This document shows, in pieces, positions 48,885-64,000 of a stretch of 64,000 bases of DNA. Both the position numbers and the translations under genes were made by a program. This stretch comes from Marsupella aquatica (Eukaryota > Plantae > Marchantiophyta). Numbering within the stretch: position 1 is the first letter of the stretch; each line of letters begins with the position of its first letter. The notes under the pieces were generated by a model, which worked only from the letters and a program-made list of their open reading frames with translations, was not told the origin of the DNA and did no database searches. The stretch covers positions 6,870,184 to 6,934,183 of the forward strand of contig OZ316895.1 of assembly GCA_973895155.1 (NCBI GenBank). The letters are read 5' to 3'.

Positions 48885-51800
48885 ATGGCTTCTAGCCAGA
48901 CTGGGTCACATAACACTGCACATACAACAGAGGCAGACAACCTGAGAAGTTTACCTCTTTCCCATCCATGTCGAATACAACGACGTGATGATAACTTATG
49001 GGCTCGGGAACAGACAGCTTGCTCTGGTAGTGCTCATCATAGAATGTATTGCTCTTGCATGGAATGCAAAGGGATTGTTAAGACTACTTGAAAGACCAGT
49101 CGACAACATCTTTTTAAATATGGCCGCTACCCTGCCTGTCGAGTGTGGGTAGGAGAGGGTGAAGACTCTTCTGATGAGGAGTGGAGATCCAATTACATCC
49201 GTAACTCTGGTCCAGAGGCACTAAGGGCAGGAATGTCTCGAGAGGCAATCCACTCAGGCCAACCATCAATAGATGTTGAAGAGAAAGTACAAGTTTTACT
49301 TCAGGAGACATTGGCAAGAGCTTCTGAAGAGTGTGAGGAATATGTGGACAATGATCCTCCTTTTGATATAGATTCAATGTTTCAAAATGATGAGAATGAG
49401 GCAGATCCACCCTCTGCTGAGACCAATCATGAGGACACACCTACAGCAGGGCATCCTATGAATCCTATCCCTCTGCAAGGGTCCCCGCAAGGGTCTTTAG
49501 AAGAAGCCATGAGACCCTTATTTCCAGGTAGTAAGACAGATGTAGTTTCCTTCATGTTGTTGTTTTTAAACATCTGTCACAACAATAGGTTCTCAAACAC
49601 GGGAGTGAATGCCATGCTGTCTTTATTGACTGAGCATGGAATGCCAACAGAGCACACTCTCCCTAAGAACCTATATGCTGCAAAACAATTACTGAGAAAA
49701 TTGGGTTTAGACTATGAGAGAATCCCAGTCTGTGAGAACGGATGTATGTTATTTAGAAATGAGACTGCAGAGTTGGACAATTGTTCCAAGTGTAATCAGC
49801 CAAAGATGAAGTTAGTAGGGAATTTGTTACAGCCTGTGAAGGTCTTGAGATATTTCCCTATAATCCCTCGATTGAAGAGATTGTATGCCACTAAGGGTAC
49901 ATCTAGGCTAATGACTTGGCATCATGAGAACAAGAGCAAGGACAACATGGTCCGACATCCAGCAGATTCAAAGGCATGGAAACATGTGGACACAGAGATT
50001 GACCCTGATTTTGCTGCTGAGCCAAGGAATGTGCGAATGGGATTGGCACTTGATGGGGTAAATCCATTTGGGAATAATTCTACTGCCTGGTCTACATGGC
50101 CAATCCTGCTGTTGAATTATAATATCCCTCATTGGCTTTCCACAAAGAAGTTCTTTGTCATGCTAGCTCTTCTAATTCCAGGTCCTGTGTCTGTAAGCGA
50201 GGAACAATTTGATGTATACATGGCTCCACTTGTGGATGAACGTGAGACATTATGGTCAGAAGGAGTAGATTGTTTTGATGTTCTACCAAGGCCAGGATTG
50301 CAGCAACAGTTCAAGCTAAGGGCTTCAATATTGTGGACAATCAATGATTATCCTGCATATGCATTAGTCTTTGGCCAACAACATGCAGGGTACAAAGGAT
50401 GTGTGGTTTGTGGGCCAAATTGTGTGGCACATGGTTCAAAACAGTTGGGCAAGTTACTATTTTCTGGCCATCGTTGCTGGTTACCATAGAGGCACTATTT
50501 CCGCAAAGAGGAAGTGGCAAAATACTTTAATGGTGAGGTAGAGGCACGAGCTGCACCGTGTAGAGTGTCCAGCTCTGATAGGAAATGTTGGGGAGAGGAG
50601 ACCGCTGAATATGTGGAGGAGAAACCAGGGAATGCACTGGATGATGAAAATTCTCCAGTAAAGGCGAATGGAGTGAAGAGGGTTACTGGATTATACAAGT
50701 TGCCGTACTAGAGTGTAAGTATCTGGTTCCCCATACTGAATCCCTCAGTGTGTAATGTTAAGTAGCAAAGAGTAACATTTCTTATTCTAACTTAGTTTGT
50801 ACTGAACTGTGCTTCCAATGCAGAAACTTCTCATCAACCATTGTTTGGATCCCATGCACTGTGAGAAGAATCTTGCACACAACATTGTGCACACTATTTT
50901 GGGGACAAAGGATACTCCTTCTGTTCGAGAAGACATGAAAGTCATGGACGTGCGGGAACACCTGTGGCTGGTTCCAAATCCAGATCCAAAAAAGGATTCA
51001 AAGATCATGCCGCCAGCCCCATATTGCCTCAGTAAGACAGAGAAGACTAAGTTCTTAGAGGTATTGTTGACCTTTAAAGGGCCCACTGGTTTCAGCAGTT
51101 CTCTGGCTAAATGTGTCACAATTAAGAAGAAGTTATCAGGGCTGAAATCTCACGATTTCCACCACCTCATGCAACAAATCCTTTCATTGGCAACAATAGG
51201 ATTACTTGATGAGGGTGTTCGGTTGGCCATAGCCAGAGTGAGAAATGTGTGGCGTACCATCTGTGCCAAGGTTTGGGATCCCTCACAGTACGACTTTGTG
51301 ATGATGGATGCTGCATTCACACTCTGCCTTATGGAAATTCATTTCCCACCAAGCTTCTTTGATGTCATGACCCATCTGCTGATTCATCTGGTTCAGGAAC
51401 TAGACATCTATGGTCCAGTGAACATTAGATGGATGTACCCAATAGAAAGATATCTAAAGACCTTGAAGGGTTATGTTCGAAATAAGGCACGTCCAGAGGC
51501 TTCTATGGCTGAAGGCTACCTTCTGGATGAATCTTTAGGATTCCTTTCTGAATACATGATCAATGTTAAGGGGACAGGAATGAGAACATGGGACTTGGAG
51601 GAGAATCCTGGTGTTGCAGACATTGTCTTGGAAGGAGCTGGAAAACAAATCACCTTGGAGTGGAATGATATGATAGCTATGCATCATTACATACTGGAGA
51701 ATGAAGAGTTGGTGGAACCATGGTATAGGTATGAGCATGGTTTATATTGTTAAGTTCTCTGTTGTTTATTATTAAACAGAATTGAGTTTTGAGCAGAAAT

Positions 51801-53031
51801 TGTGTGGGCCTAGGAGCTGACTGTCATTCTTGCCATGCAGGGTTTATGATGATCAAAAGGAGGCAGTTACCAAGCACATAGCAGATTTCCAGAAAGAATG
51901 GATGAAGAATCCAGGAAATCGGAGGAATCATGTGCCTTATCCCTCTGATTTGGATGAGTTGCCTCCTTTTAGAGAATGGTTTGAAGTGACAATTAGAAGG
52001 CATAATTTTGAGAATGAGTTTGAACGAATGGTGTTGGCAGCATATAGTGTACCACCTAGTCTGAAGGCACTGCGGTACAGGGTCTGCAGAGCCTATGGGC
52101 ACCATTGGAGGACCATTCCATCACTAGGTTCCTTGATTGATTGTGACTCATCTGGGTTCAAGACTTTTGATTGTGGGATGGCTTGTACATTCACTGAGAA
52201 GCGGGTCATTAGGTCAGGGGCAATAGTAGATGAATCTGTACAATATGTGGGGGTGTTGACAGACATCTTAGTGTTGAACTATGGGCCTCTGATAAAGGAA
52301 GTGGTCCTTTTCAAAGGAAGGTGGGCAAACCCATCTTGGACTCCCAAAGCCACTGCAAGTATGAGATATGATGCGTCTGGATTGTGGCAAGTAAATTTTC
52401 AGAAGGAGCTGGGTGCTTCCAAGAAAATGGACTATGTATTGCCACGACAGATAGAACAGGTGTTTTTTTACCCAAATGATAAGGGGATTGCATGGAGGAC
52501 AATCCTCCACAAGGAATCCAGGTCTACAAGAGTGCTGGGTGATTACATGGAAGTTGATTTCCATGATACTATGGATGACAATGCCTCGGGGGCCTCAATC
52601 CAAGGGGTGTCCCATATCACGCTCGAAGTTTTGGGGGAATAAACACCCTAAAAGTTAAGTCAATAAAGTTTTTTTTAGGAATTTTTTACCCCTAACTTAA
52701 TAGAATATTCCAAGAATATTCCCATATTTGATAATAAAAAACCCTATGATTCTTATAATTCTCAAAATTGGATTAAAATAACCCTAATTTTCTTAAACAA
52801 AAATTTAAAAGTATTTCACTAAACCCAATAAAAAACCCTATACTTATTCGCGCGTGATGGGTCGGAAGAAAAGAAGTGAGGACCCTGAGGACAATGCTAA
52901 GTTTCACATAGAGTTGGCAGAAGCCTGTATAACTAGACAGGAGCCTGGACCAAGTACTACAGACAAAGGAAAAAGAAAGTATAAAAGGAAATGAATGGTT
53001 TGAAGATACTGTACAGTCCGGTTTCATTTAG
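48885..53031 (+). pseudogene. CACTA TnpD-like transposase (Transpos_assoc, Transposase_21, DUF4218, DUF4216), disrupted
   Basis: MYCSCMEC...HLFKYG; VCENGCMLF; LRYFPIIPRLKRLY; RHPADSKAWKH; EPRNVRMGLALDGVNPF; LDPMHCEKN; GLKSHDFH; FPPSFFDVMTHLLIHL; RWMYPIERYLKTLK; QIEQVFFY. Introns 50715-50823 and 51729-51840. Stops at 49089, 50487 and 50709. MITE inserted at 52585. Confidence 0.92.
52585..52889. mobile_element. MITE, copy B (same family as copy A, opposite orientation)
   Basis: TIRs CTCGGGGGCCTCA / TGAGGACCCTGAG, 8-bp TSD GACAATGC. The interior aligns with the reverse complement of 45229-45524. Excision restores the TnpD frame (MDDNA|KFHIEL). Confidence 0.88.
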
Positions 53032-53291
53032 TTGGGAGTGGGATCATACTAACATGGCATGCCATAGTCTAGCAGTGAATGCAGCGAATACCTCCATATG
53101 AAGAGGAACGAAATAAGAAGGTAGCAGACAACAATAGAAAATTCAGGGAGATATTTGGAGAAAATTTCAATTTCATGTGAGTATAATCTTGCATGTTGTT
53201 TTGAATGTGCAAAGATGTGTTAATATTGCTCATCAGCAATATGAGTTGGTTTTTGATACTTGTCATTCATTCATTGATATTCTCTCATGTA

Positions 53292-56200
53292 GACTGGGTG
53301 CAACACAGACCGTAGGGTGCAAGAAGGAAACAAGTGCACGTCGAACTCCTAGAAGTGAGGCTACCACACAGAGAAGACAGAGTTCCAGACTATCAAGAAT
53401 TGCCTCAGTGAGTATGGCAGAGTCTGGTGATGAGGGCTCTGAATCAGATTATGACACTGATGCTGTGTACAGTGAAGATGAGAAACCAGAAAATTCATCC
53501 AAGGTGAGATTCCTATTACATTTCACCAACATTATGAGGAAACTATAGACATTGGTAATGATTCTGTTTAATAACATTCATTTTAACTTGATCTGGACAA
53601 GAACATCTGCAACCTCCATCTAAGAACTTTGCAAATGCAAAAGAAACCCCTACAAAGGTTGGACCTTCCATGAGTGGCATGGTGCAATGTTACAAAGACC
53701 CTGTGACTGGCCAACTATTTGAATGTAAGTAATTTCAGAGATTTTCAATGTATTTTTCAATGTTGATCTATATGAATGTTGGATTCATAACTCCAGTGGT
53801 TTGCATGTGCATGTATAGTGGTGGTTCCATCAACATCGATTAGGAAATCTGGACACTCTGTAGTAGTGACATCCAGTCAGGGTTCAGGTAAGTCAAATTC
53901 AATGAAGGGTCCTCCTATTATATTGTAATATTTCTTGTCCCTCATTTGCAATTGTGGATGATCAATATTGGATGCTCATTGTGTATGTAGAGGGAAGAAA
54001 GACTGCAATAGAGCAATGCAGGGAATCTCGGCAAGCCAAAAAACAATTCCAGAGAACCGGTAGTGCAAGAAGGGCTGACAATAAGAAGGGAAAATTGATA
54101 ACGGTAAGATTTTCATTGCACATTTCACATTTGTGGCCTACAGTTTGTGTACTCAGAAGCAATTGTGTGTTTGTTTCATTCCCAATGTTGATGACTATCA
54201 TTTGTGGTGTTTTTTTCAGATTCATGACAATGATATTGATGATTCTCATCCTAATAAACCATATTGGATGGAGGAGCTATGTGCCAATGTCTTGAGGCTT
54301 TTTGATGTATTAGAACCTGATATGGAACAAACAAGATCCAAACATAATTGAGGATGTGCAGAAATTGATGAAGGCAGATTGGGAGTATCCAGATAAGCAA
54401 TCAGTGTCTGACAAGAAATTTATTAGTCACTGTCGGACATTATTGAAAAGAGAACGTCACAAACTAAATACTTATTGGAAGGATGTATGTAAACGTGATC
54501 ACTCCAAACCAGGACCTCAATATGTTGACCCATTGAAATGGGCACGACTGGTGGATCATTTTGATAGTCCTGCTTTGCTTGCAAGGAGTGCTATGATGAA
54601 AGCAAGGAGGGCAGAAGTGGTGAACAAAGAGCATTTTGGAAGAGGAGGGGCTGCTGGAGCAGAAAAAAGATTGGTAAGAATCTTCAGATGGTCCATCTCA
54701 TTGCAGGTCTAGACTGTCATTTGAATTGAAGTGTTTATCTAGTATAGGAATAAACAATGATATGATGAGTTCTCATTAATATTCCAATTGCTTTGAATGT
54801 GATTATGTGTTTCCAGAAAGCAAAAGGAATGAAGAGCCCTGTTATATCAAAACTTGTGTCTAGTAGTCCAGTCCCCCAAGTGCAGATCAGTCCATCTATG
54901 GGCAGTGGTGAACATCGAGGCAGTAGTTTTGTTGGAATTGGATCTGCACATGGATCAGCGGTATGTAATGAAAACCTGTGTATATATTCAATTTTGATTA
55001 TCAGTTATCCATGATGTTCAAATTATCATTGATGATTGACATTGTATGGTGTGTTTGTGTATGTAGACTCCACTGTCCAGGGAAACTACAATTGAGGAAC
55101 CAACTTGATTACTCAAGCTTGAACAGTCTGTGGAGAATTTAACCAAGCTTGAATTCAAAGTGGACAATTTGACATCTATGATGACTTCTTTCATTGCACA
55201 AAATCAACAGAATCAGTTCCATATGCAATTATCAAATGCAATTGCTACTAAGGTGGTGGTTGAGCCTAAAGGTAGTAGCAGGAAACGTTCTCTTACTTTC
55301 TCAGGTGATGGTGATGGTAAGAACATACAAACTTATACTCTAAACATGTTACATATAACACGGTGACGAACCAAACGAGAAGTGTGACGCCTAATGGAGA
55401 AGGGTGTTTTCAATTTCGATCGATAGCTTTTTCTCTCGACAACCTTGAATGCCAATCCAATAAACATAACAATACCGGTATTTGTTGTCCTCCAGGATCA
55501 CATTAACCATGGGTTAAGTTTTGTAGTTAACCGCGCAGTTTATGCAGTTTACCGTCTCAAGTGGATTTTTTTAAACTGTTTGGTTGCGCAATGCAAAGAG
55601 CGATCCGCGTATCGCTCTTCACTTAATTTCAAGACTCCAAAACAAACGATATTCTCACTCATGGGCGTTTCATATTGGAGATTTCTTTACTTAGCCGCGA
55701 TTTTGCGATCGGGCAAAACGAGAAGGGTGGTCACACTTCTCGTTTGGTCCGTCATTGTGTTATATGCAATAGTTTATTTTTCAATTTAGAATGAAGTTTT
55801 CTAAGCATTTATTGTTTGGTTTTGTGGTAGCTTCTTCAGGGGAGAATCCTGTATCACAGCGAGAGAAATCAGATACTTTAACAAGGTAGAAGCCAAAGCC
55901 AAGTATGGGAGAAGCAAATTTGGGAGCACTACAGGAACCTTGCGTTGTACAAAGCAACATTGGTAATGGTGAGAGTGATGAGATTGCTGTCACAGATGAA
56001 CAGATAGTGTCAAATGCAATTTAGGAACAAAAGGCTACACCACCTAGGCCTTCAAAGAGATTCAAGAAATCAACCCCTATCACTATCTCACCTAGTGAAC
56101 GAGGACCAGTTCTCTCCCCAAATCCAGCAGCAAAGGTGAATTTGTTTTCAGTTGGCTTATGTTCTTAAATTGATGATATGCCCAAATCAGTACTACAAGA

Positions 56201-56440
56201 CAGTATTTGTCCTAACAATTTTGTGTGGCAATTTTCAAAAGGAGATGCTGTAGAAGTACGAAGCGTTGTGGATCGCTCTACAGTTGTTGCTAGAGGTGAA
56301 GTGATAGGGTTACCAGGAGAGGATAAATTTCATTGTGTCATGATTGAGAGTCCTTGGGTGCGAGTATTAGTTAAGGCAGTGTATTGTGGTGATGCAGCAT
56401 TGCCAATGCCCAACAAAGAAGAGAAACAACTCTGCTTACG
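53292..56440 (+). pseudogene. CACTA TnpA-like multi-exon ORF (Transposase_24-like and C-terminal TNP1/DUF8039-like domains)
   Basis: PQYVDPLKWARLVDHFDSP...RSAMMKARR....HFGRGG (54356-54673). VVARGEV....KFHCVMIESPWVRVLVKAV...AALPMP (56230-56420). Many GT-AG bounded short exons and in-frame stops. Confidence 0.75.
55358..55760. mobile_element. ~400-bp non-autonomous TIR element in a TnpA intron
   Basis: ~30-bp TIRs ACACGGTGACGAACCAAACGAGAAGTGTGAC / GTCACACTTCTCGTTTGGTCCGTCATTGTGT, flanked by TATA on both sides. Confidence 0.85.
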
Positions 56441-57522
56441 GAGGGTCCATTTCAGATTTCTGGCTGTGGCCATGTATACTGTGGCATTTGTGCAATAGAC
56501 CGGGAAGCTGGAACCTGCAAATCGGCAAAATGTTCAAAATACGTGACAACCCAGGTCCTATACAGGCCAGCTGATTTGAGGCTAGTGAATGGTGGTGCGG
56601 AGTCAAAAGGGAAGGCGCAAAGAGAATATGATGTCCGACACCCACCTTCTCCAAAATTTGATACAGTCTTGGAATATCTGAAGTCGATTCCGTTGGACAC
56701 TACAAGACAGGGCAGCAACAAAAGCTTTGTGCCCAGGCAGAAGGCTCTTGTTTTCTCACAATGGACTTCGTGTCTCGACATGCTTGAGCCACACATTCTG
56801 AAGGCTGGTCTAAAATTCACAAGGATTGATGGAGGAATGAATTCCAATGTCAGAGAACAAGCCTTGAATGATTTCAAGACGACCCCAGAGGTACAACCGT
56901 CATTATCCGTGCAGATCGGTGTCTGTATTTGTTCAAAGGGTAAACTCTTTATATTCTAATTAAACTTTTTCTACTCATTTCATGCAGATCAGCATTATCC
57001 TCTTGTCCTTGATGGCAACAAACACAGGACTCAACATCACTGAGGCTACACATGTTCTTATGGTAGACGGGTGGTGGAATCCCACGGTAGAGGACCAGGC
57101 CGTCGATCGGTCACATCGTATTGGGCAAACAAGGCCGGTGAAAGTTGTCAGGTTTATCGCCAAAGATTTGATTGAATTGAAGATTTTGGAGCTGCAGGTA
57201 AGATTAGAAGTGCTTGTGTGGATTGCATGGTGAATACAGTCACTCTGTGTATGGGGTATTATTGGGGTATGATTGAGGGATTTCAGTTTGCGTGCTTTGC
57301 CTAACAATTCCTACACGCACTCACTAGTAATGATGAATTACGAATTCCATATATGTGGTCTCTAACTGTAGGCATGTTGCATGTTTTGTGCAGAACAGAA
57401 AACGAGTGATGATCAGGGACATCATGTATGGCTGTGCAACCGGGAAAAAAGATAACATGGAACAAAATCTGGAGTTCATACTGGGAGAGAATCGGCAGCA
57501 GAGGTTCAATGCATCAGAGTAG
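56441..57522 (+). pseudogene. Partial RING finger + SNF2 helicase C-terminal domain (RAD5/16, FRG/CHR27-28-like), 3 exons, no N-terminal ATPase lobe
   Basis: CGHVYCGIC.......C....C; KALVFSQWTSCLDMLE; FTRIDGGM; intron 56891-56987; LLSLMATNTGLNITEATHVLMVDGWWNPTVEDQAVDRSHRIGQTRPV; intron 57198-57393; NRKRVMI...*, stop at 57522. Confidence 0.85.
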
Positions 57523-58386
57523 CTAAATGAGTTTTAGATAAGGTTCTCTATGGTGCTTGAGTCAGTTAGGCAGTGACACTCTTACTGTTCGTTTACTTGT
57601 CAGTGCCACTCTCGTTTCCTCCCGTTGTCATTTTAGTGCAGCGGGACAACGATGAGACTAGGAGGACAGAGCCTGAGTGGGTCTTTCCTTGCCACATATG
57701 TACCTGTTCAAGCCTCCTGCGGGAGCATTATGAATTGAACACTTCATCTTTGCATCATGTCCACTGTTTCTTTGGTATTCTTTCTTGTGTTCTTTTGTGT
57801 GTGTTTAGGGTTTAGGTTATGCACTTGCAAGACACACCGAATGATTACCCTTTGTACATAGGTAATTTACAAGCATAGCAGCCCATCCACTACAAGGAGA
57901 ATTGGTTCCCTACTAAATATGGGACAAATACCTTACCATGAATCGCTTTGATAAGAGGGGAATGAATTCCCGACTCCTCTTATGGAAATTACCCCCAATA
58001 CTAAGGGGGGGGGAGCATGGGGTACTTTGGGGTTAATTTCCCTACTTACCCCCTATATTCCCCTCTTTCAAACTCCTAACCTTGCAGATCTTCCTTGTGA
58101 TCAACTTACCAATGTATGCTGAGCTTGAGTTAGGTTCTAGTCTTGGAATGCCTTTATCCTTTGGGTTACTTACCGGAGTGCTTGGTTGTTTGTGCAGATA
58201 ATGAGGACCGTTGAGCGAGGGTTGAGTTAGGGAGGAAGTGCAACCTCGTATGGAAGTGACCACCAAGAGTGCAAGAGGCATCAAGTTTCTTGCTCAAGGA
58301 GTTCTGTGGAGGCCTTCAAGCACCAAGGACACTTAGGCATGGGTATTGGGATTGGTGAGGGCGCTGGGTGGCTAGGTCACCACTCA

Positions 58387-59445
58387 ATGAGAACAAAAGA
58401 TGTTGCACGTCGGCCAAGAAGTCATTGAGAACAAAAGATGTTGTATCGGCCAAGAGGTTGTTGAGAACTAAGAAAGATGTCGTATCTATTAAGGATTGCT
58501 CTTAGTCTTATGACTCATAGGTTACGATACTTTGGCTAACCACAGTTATATAGGGTCTTAGCTGAGGTTAGGTTAGTCGTGTGTGACCTTGTATATACCA
58601 AGGCTAGTGTAAGTCGCTGGTGTGTAGTGCTTGCTCATTGTAACGAAGAAACTTGAGGAAGAGAGAGCTTGTGTGTTCGATTACTCTGAAATAAAGTTAG
58701 AGTGTTCATGTGGACGTAGCCTTGGAGAAGAGGTGAACCACGTATGGATTGTGTCGACTACGTGTGCATGGTATGAGTCATGATTGTATCGTTGTAAAGG
58801 AAGACGTCATAATTCAACAGTGTCGCCCAAGATCATTGAGAACAAAAGATGTCATGTTGGCCAAGATGTCAGTGAGAACAAAAGATATCGTGTCGGCCAA
58901 GAAGTCGTTGAGAACAAAAGATGCCATGTCGGCCAAGAGGTTGTTGAGAAGAAAGATGTCATCTTGGACAAGAGGTTATGGAAGAAATAGAGGCCGTGTT
59001 GCCAATGAAGTCGTTATGCCAAAGGTTTTGTTAAGTATATTAACAATGTTGTTAAATAAGTACAAAATAACTCAATACCGGTGCGTTGCACAAAGAAATC
59101 ATGTCGCCCAACATGTCATTATGTGAAAAATGTGGTGAAGTAAAAAAATGTTGTTAAGAACGATGAAATTGTTTTGCTAAAGATGAGTTATATGAAAGAC
59201 GTTGTCAAGTAAAAAGATGTAGTTAAGAAAAAAAAAGTCATTTTGCCAAACATATTGCCAAGTAAAAAGTTATCATCAAGTAAAAAATTGACGTTAACCA
59301 AAAAGAAGATGTTTTGCCAAAGATGTTGTTATGTGAAAGATGTCATGAATAAAAAGACGTTGTTGAATGAGTAAAAAGATAATGTAGGGTCAAATGGGTC
59401 GTTATGTGAAAGATATTGTGAAATAAAAAGATGTTGTCAAGTAAA
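58387..59445. repeat. CACTA-type subterminal repeat array
   Basis: ~36-bp units GAGAACAAAAGATGT...TCGGCCAAGA.GT..TT grading into AAAAAGA(C/T)GTTGT(C/T)AA motifs toward the degenerate TIR at 59511-59526. Confidence 0.75.
58487..58819 (+). mobile_element. Copia-type solo LTR (333 bp)
   Basis: T(A/g)TTAAG...TTCAACA termini, near-TSD GTATC/GTGTC, GTGGACGTAGCC...GTGAACCACGTA LTR motif, TATA-like and AATAAA signals. It interrupts one repeat unit. Confidence 0.8.
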
Positions 59446-60046
59446 GTGTGCCCTTGGCCATCAACACCAGTGCTATGATCTTTATTATGTCTTTTGGACC
59501 TTATAACTTTTGTTTTTCTGGTAATGAATAATGTTTTATTTGATTACTAGCCTAGCGTATGTAATCCCCTATTGACCAAATAGGTATCTTTAATTTTAAG
59601 TCTACCAAGATTACACTAAAGTCAAAACTGCGATAAGTCACTAAAGTCAAAACTGCGATAAGTAAGATATTTAGAATATATCGCGTCAAATTTACATCAG
59701 AAAAAACTTTCAAGTGGTTGAGCGAATCACACTCTCTTCTTCTGTAGCCATGCACGAGAAAATATGGGTACATTACAGGAGGGTGACAATGAAATCGATA
59801 TTTTCTAAGTTGGACCCGTACTAACTAAAACTTCATCCGTACGGCTACTTAATTTCAGCACAAGCCACTCCATTTCGGGCTTGGCTTTGATAGTCTTGAC
59901 TAGTAATCCTCTCGATCGAGACCAGGATGAAAACCCCAATGACAGAGGTTTGGAATGCAGTTTAAGTAGTGTACAACGATCGATCTGTGTTCCTTTGCTC
60001 GCCTTCACACTTGCTTCCAGCCTTCACACCCGAGATGAAAGCAGTC

Positions 60047-64000
<3,954 letters not shown>

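Larger units (their letters stand above)
41990..59526 (+). mobile_element. Large decayed CACTA/EnSpm transposon block with cargo genes (left boundary uncertain; may be more than one element)
   Basis: TnpD and TnpA-like ORFs in canonical order. Repeat arrays at both sides. Degenerate right TIR TGTTTTTCTGGTAATG ending at 59526 (reverse complement CATTACCAGAAAAACA, versus CACTAC...). No matching left TIR found. Confidence 0.6.

Noticed and set aside
45229-52889. The two ~300-bp inverted copies as long TIRs of one element enclosing PHD+TnpD
   Set aside because: Each copy has its own short TIRs and its own TSD, so they are independent MITE insertions.
57800-58385. Possible retroelement fragment with ATTACCC/GGTAAT motifs and a G-run
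   Set aside because: No termini, TSD or coding motif could be fixed.
58749-59126. 125-aa ORF with repeated RTKD...AK units
   Set aside because: Translation artefact of the 36-bp subterminal DNA repeat.

Overview
Intron-containing land-plant nuclear DNA. The sequences look like a seedless plant or bryophyte, but that is an impression only. The left 22 kb is genic: a 9-exon mitochondrial processing peptidase beta / complex III core-1 gene (minus strand), a divergent 2-exon complex III subunit 10 gene (QCR10/UCRY), and an intact 10-exon subtilase. The QCR10+subtilase unit is tandemly duplicated. The second QCR10 is a pseudogene broken at ~23.9 kb, and the second subtilase starts at 60047 and runs off the window. 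Between them is a ~36-kb nest of transposons. Its left part is a decayed minus-strand SAM-domain gene split by a ~2.4-kb solo LTR, which is itself split by a young but defective Ty1/Copia element (295-bp LTRs, ATGTC TSD). Its right part is a large decayed CACTA/EnSpm element (TnpD + TnpA) with three MITE insertions and a solo LTR. The most notable observation is the cargo of that CACTA block: an EDM2-type composite PHD region, and a RING + SNF2 helicase-C module of the FRG/RAD5-16 type only one base out of frame with TnpA. Both resemble host heterochromatin/RdDM factors, suggesting a possible transposon-borne (anti-)silencing toolkit. All family assignments come from motif recognition by eye; no searches were run.
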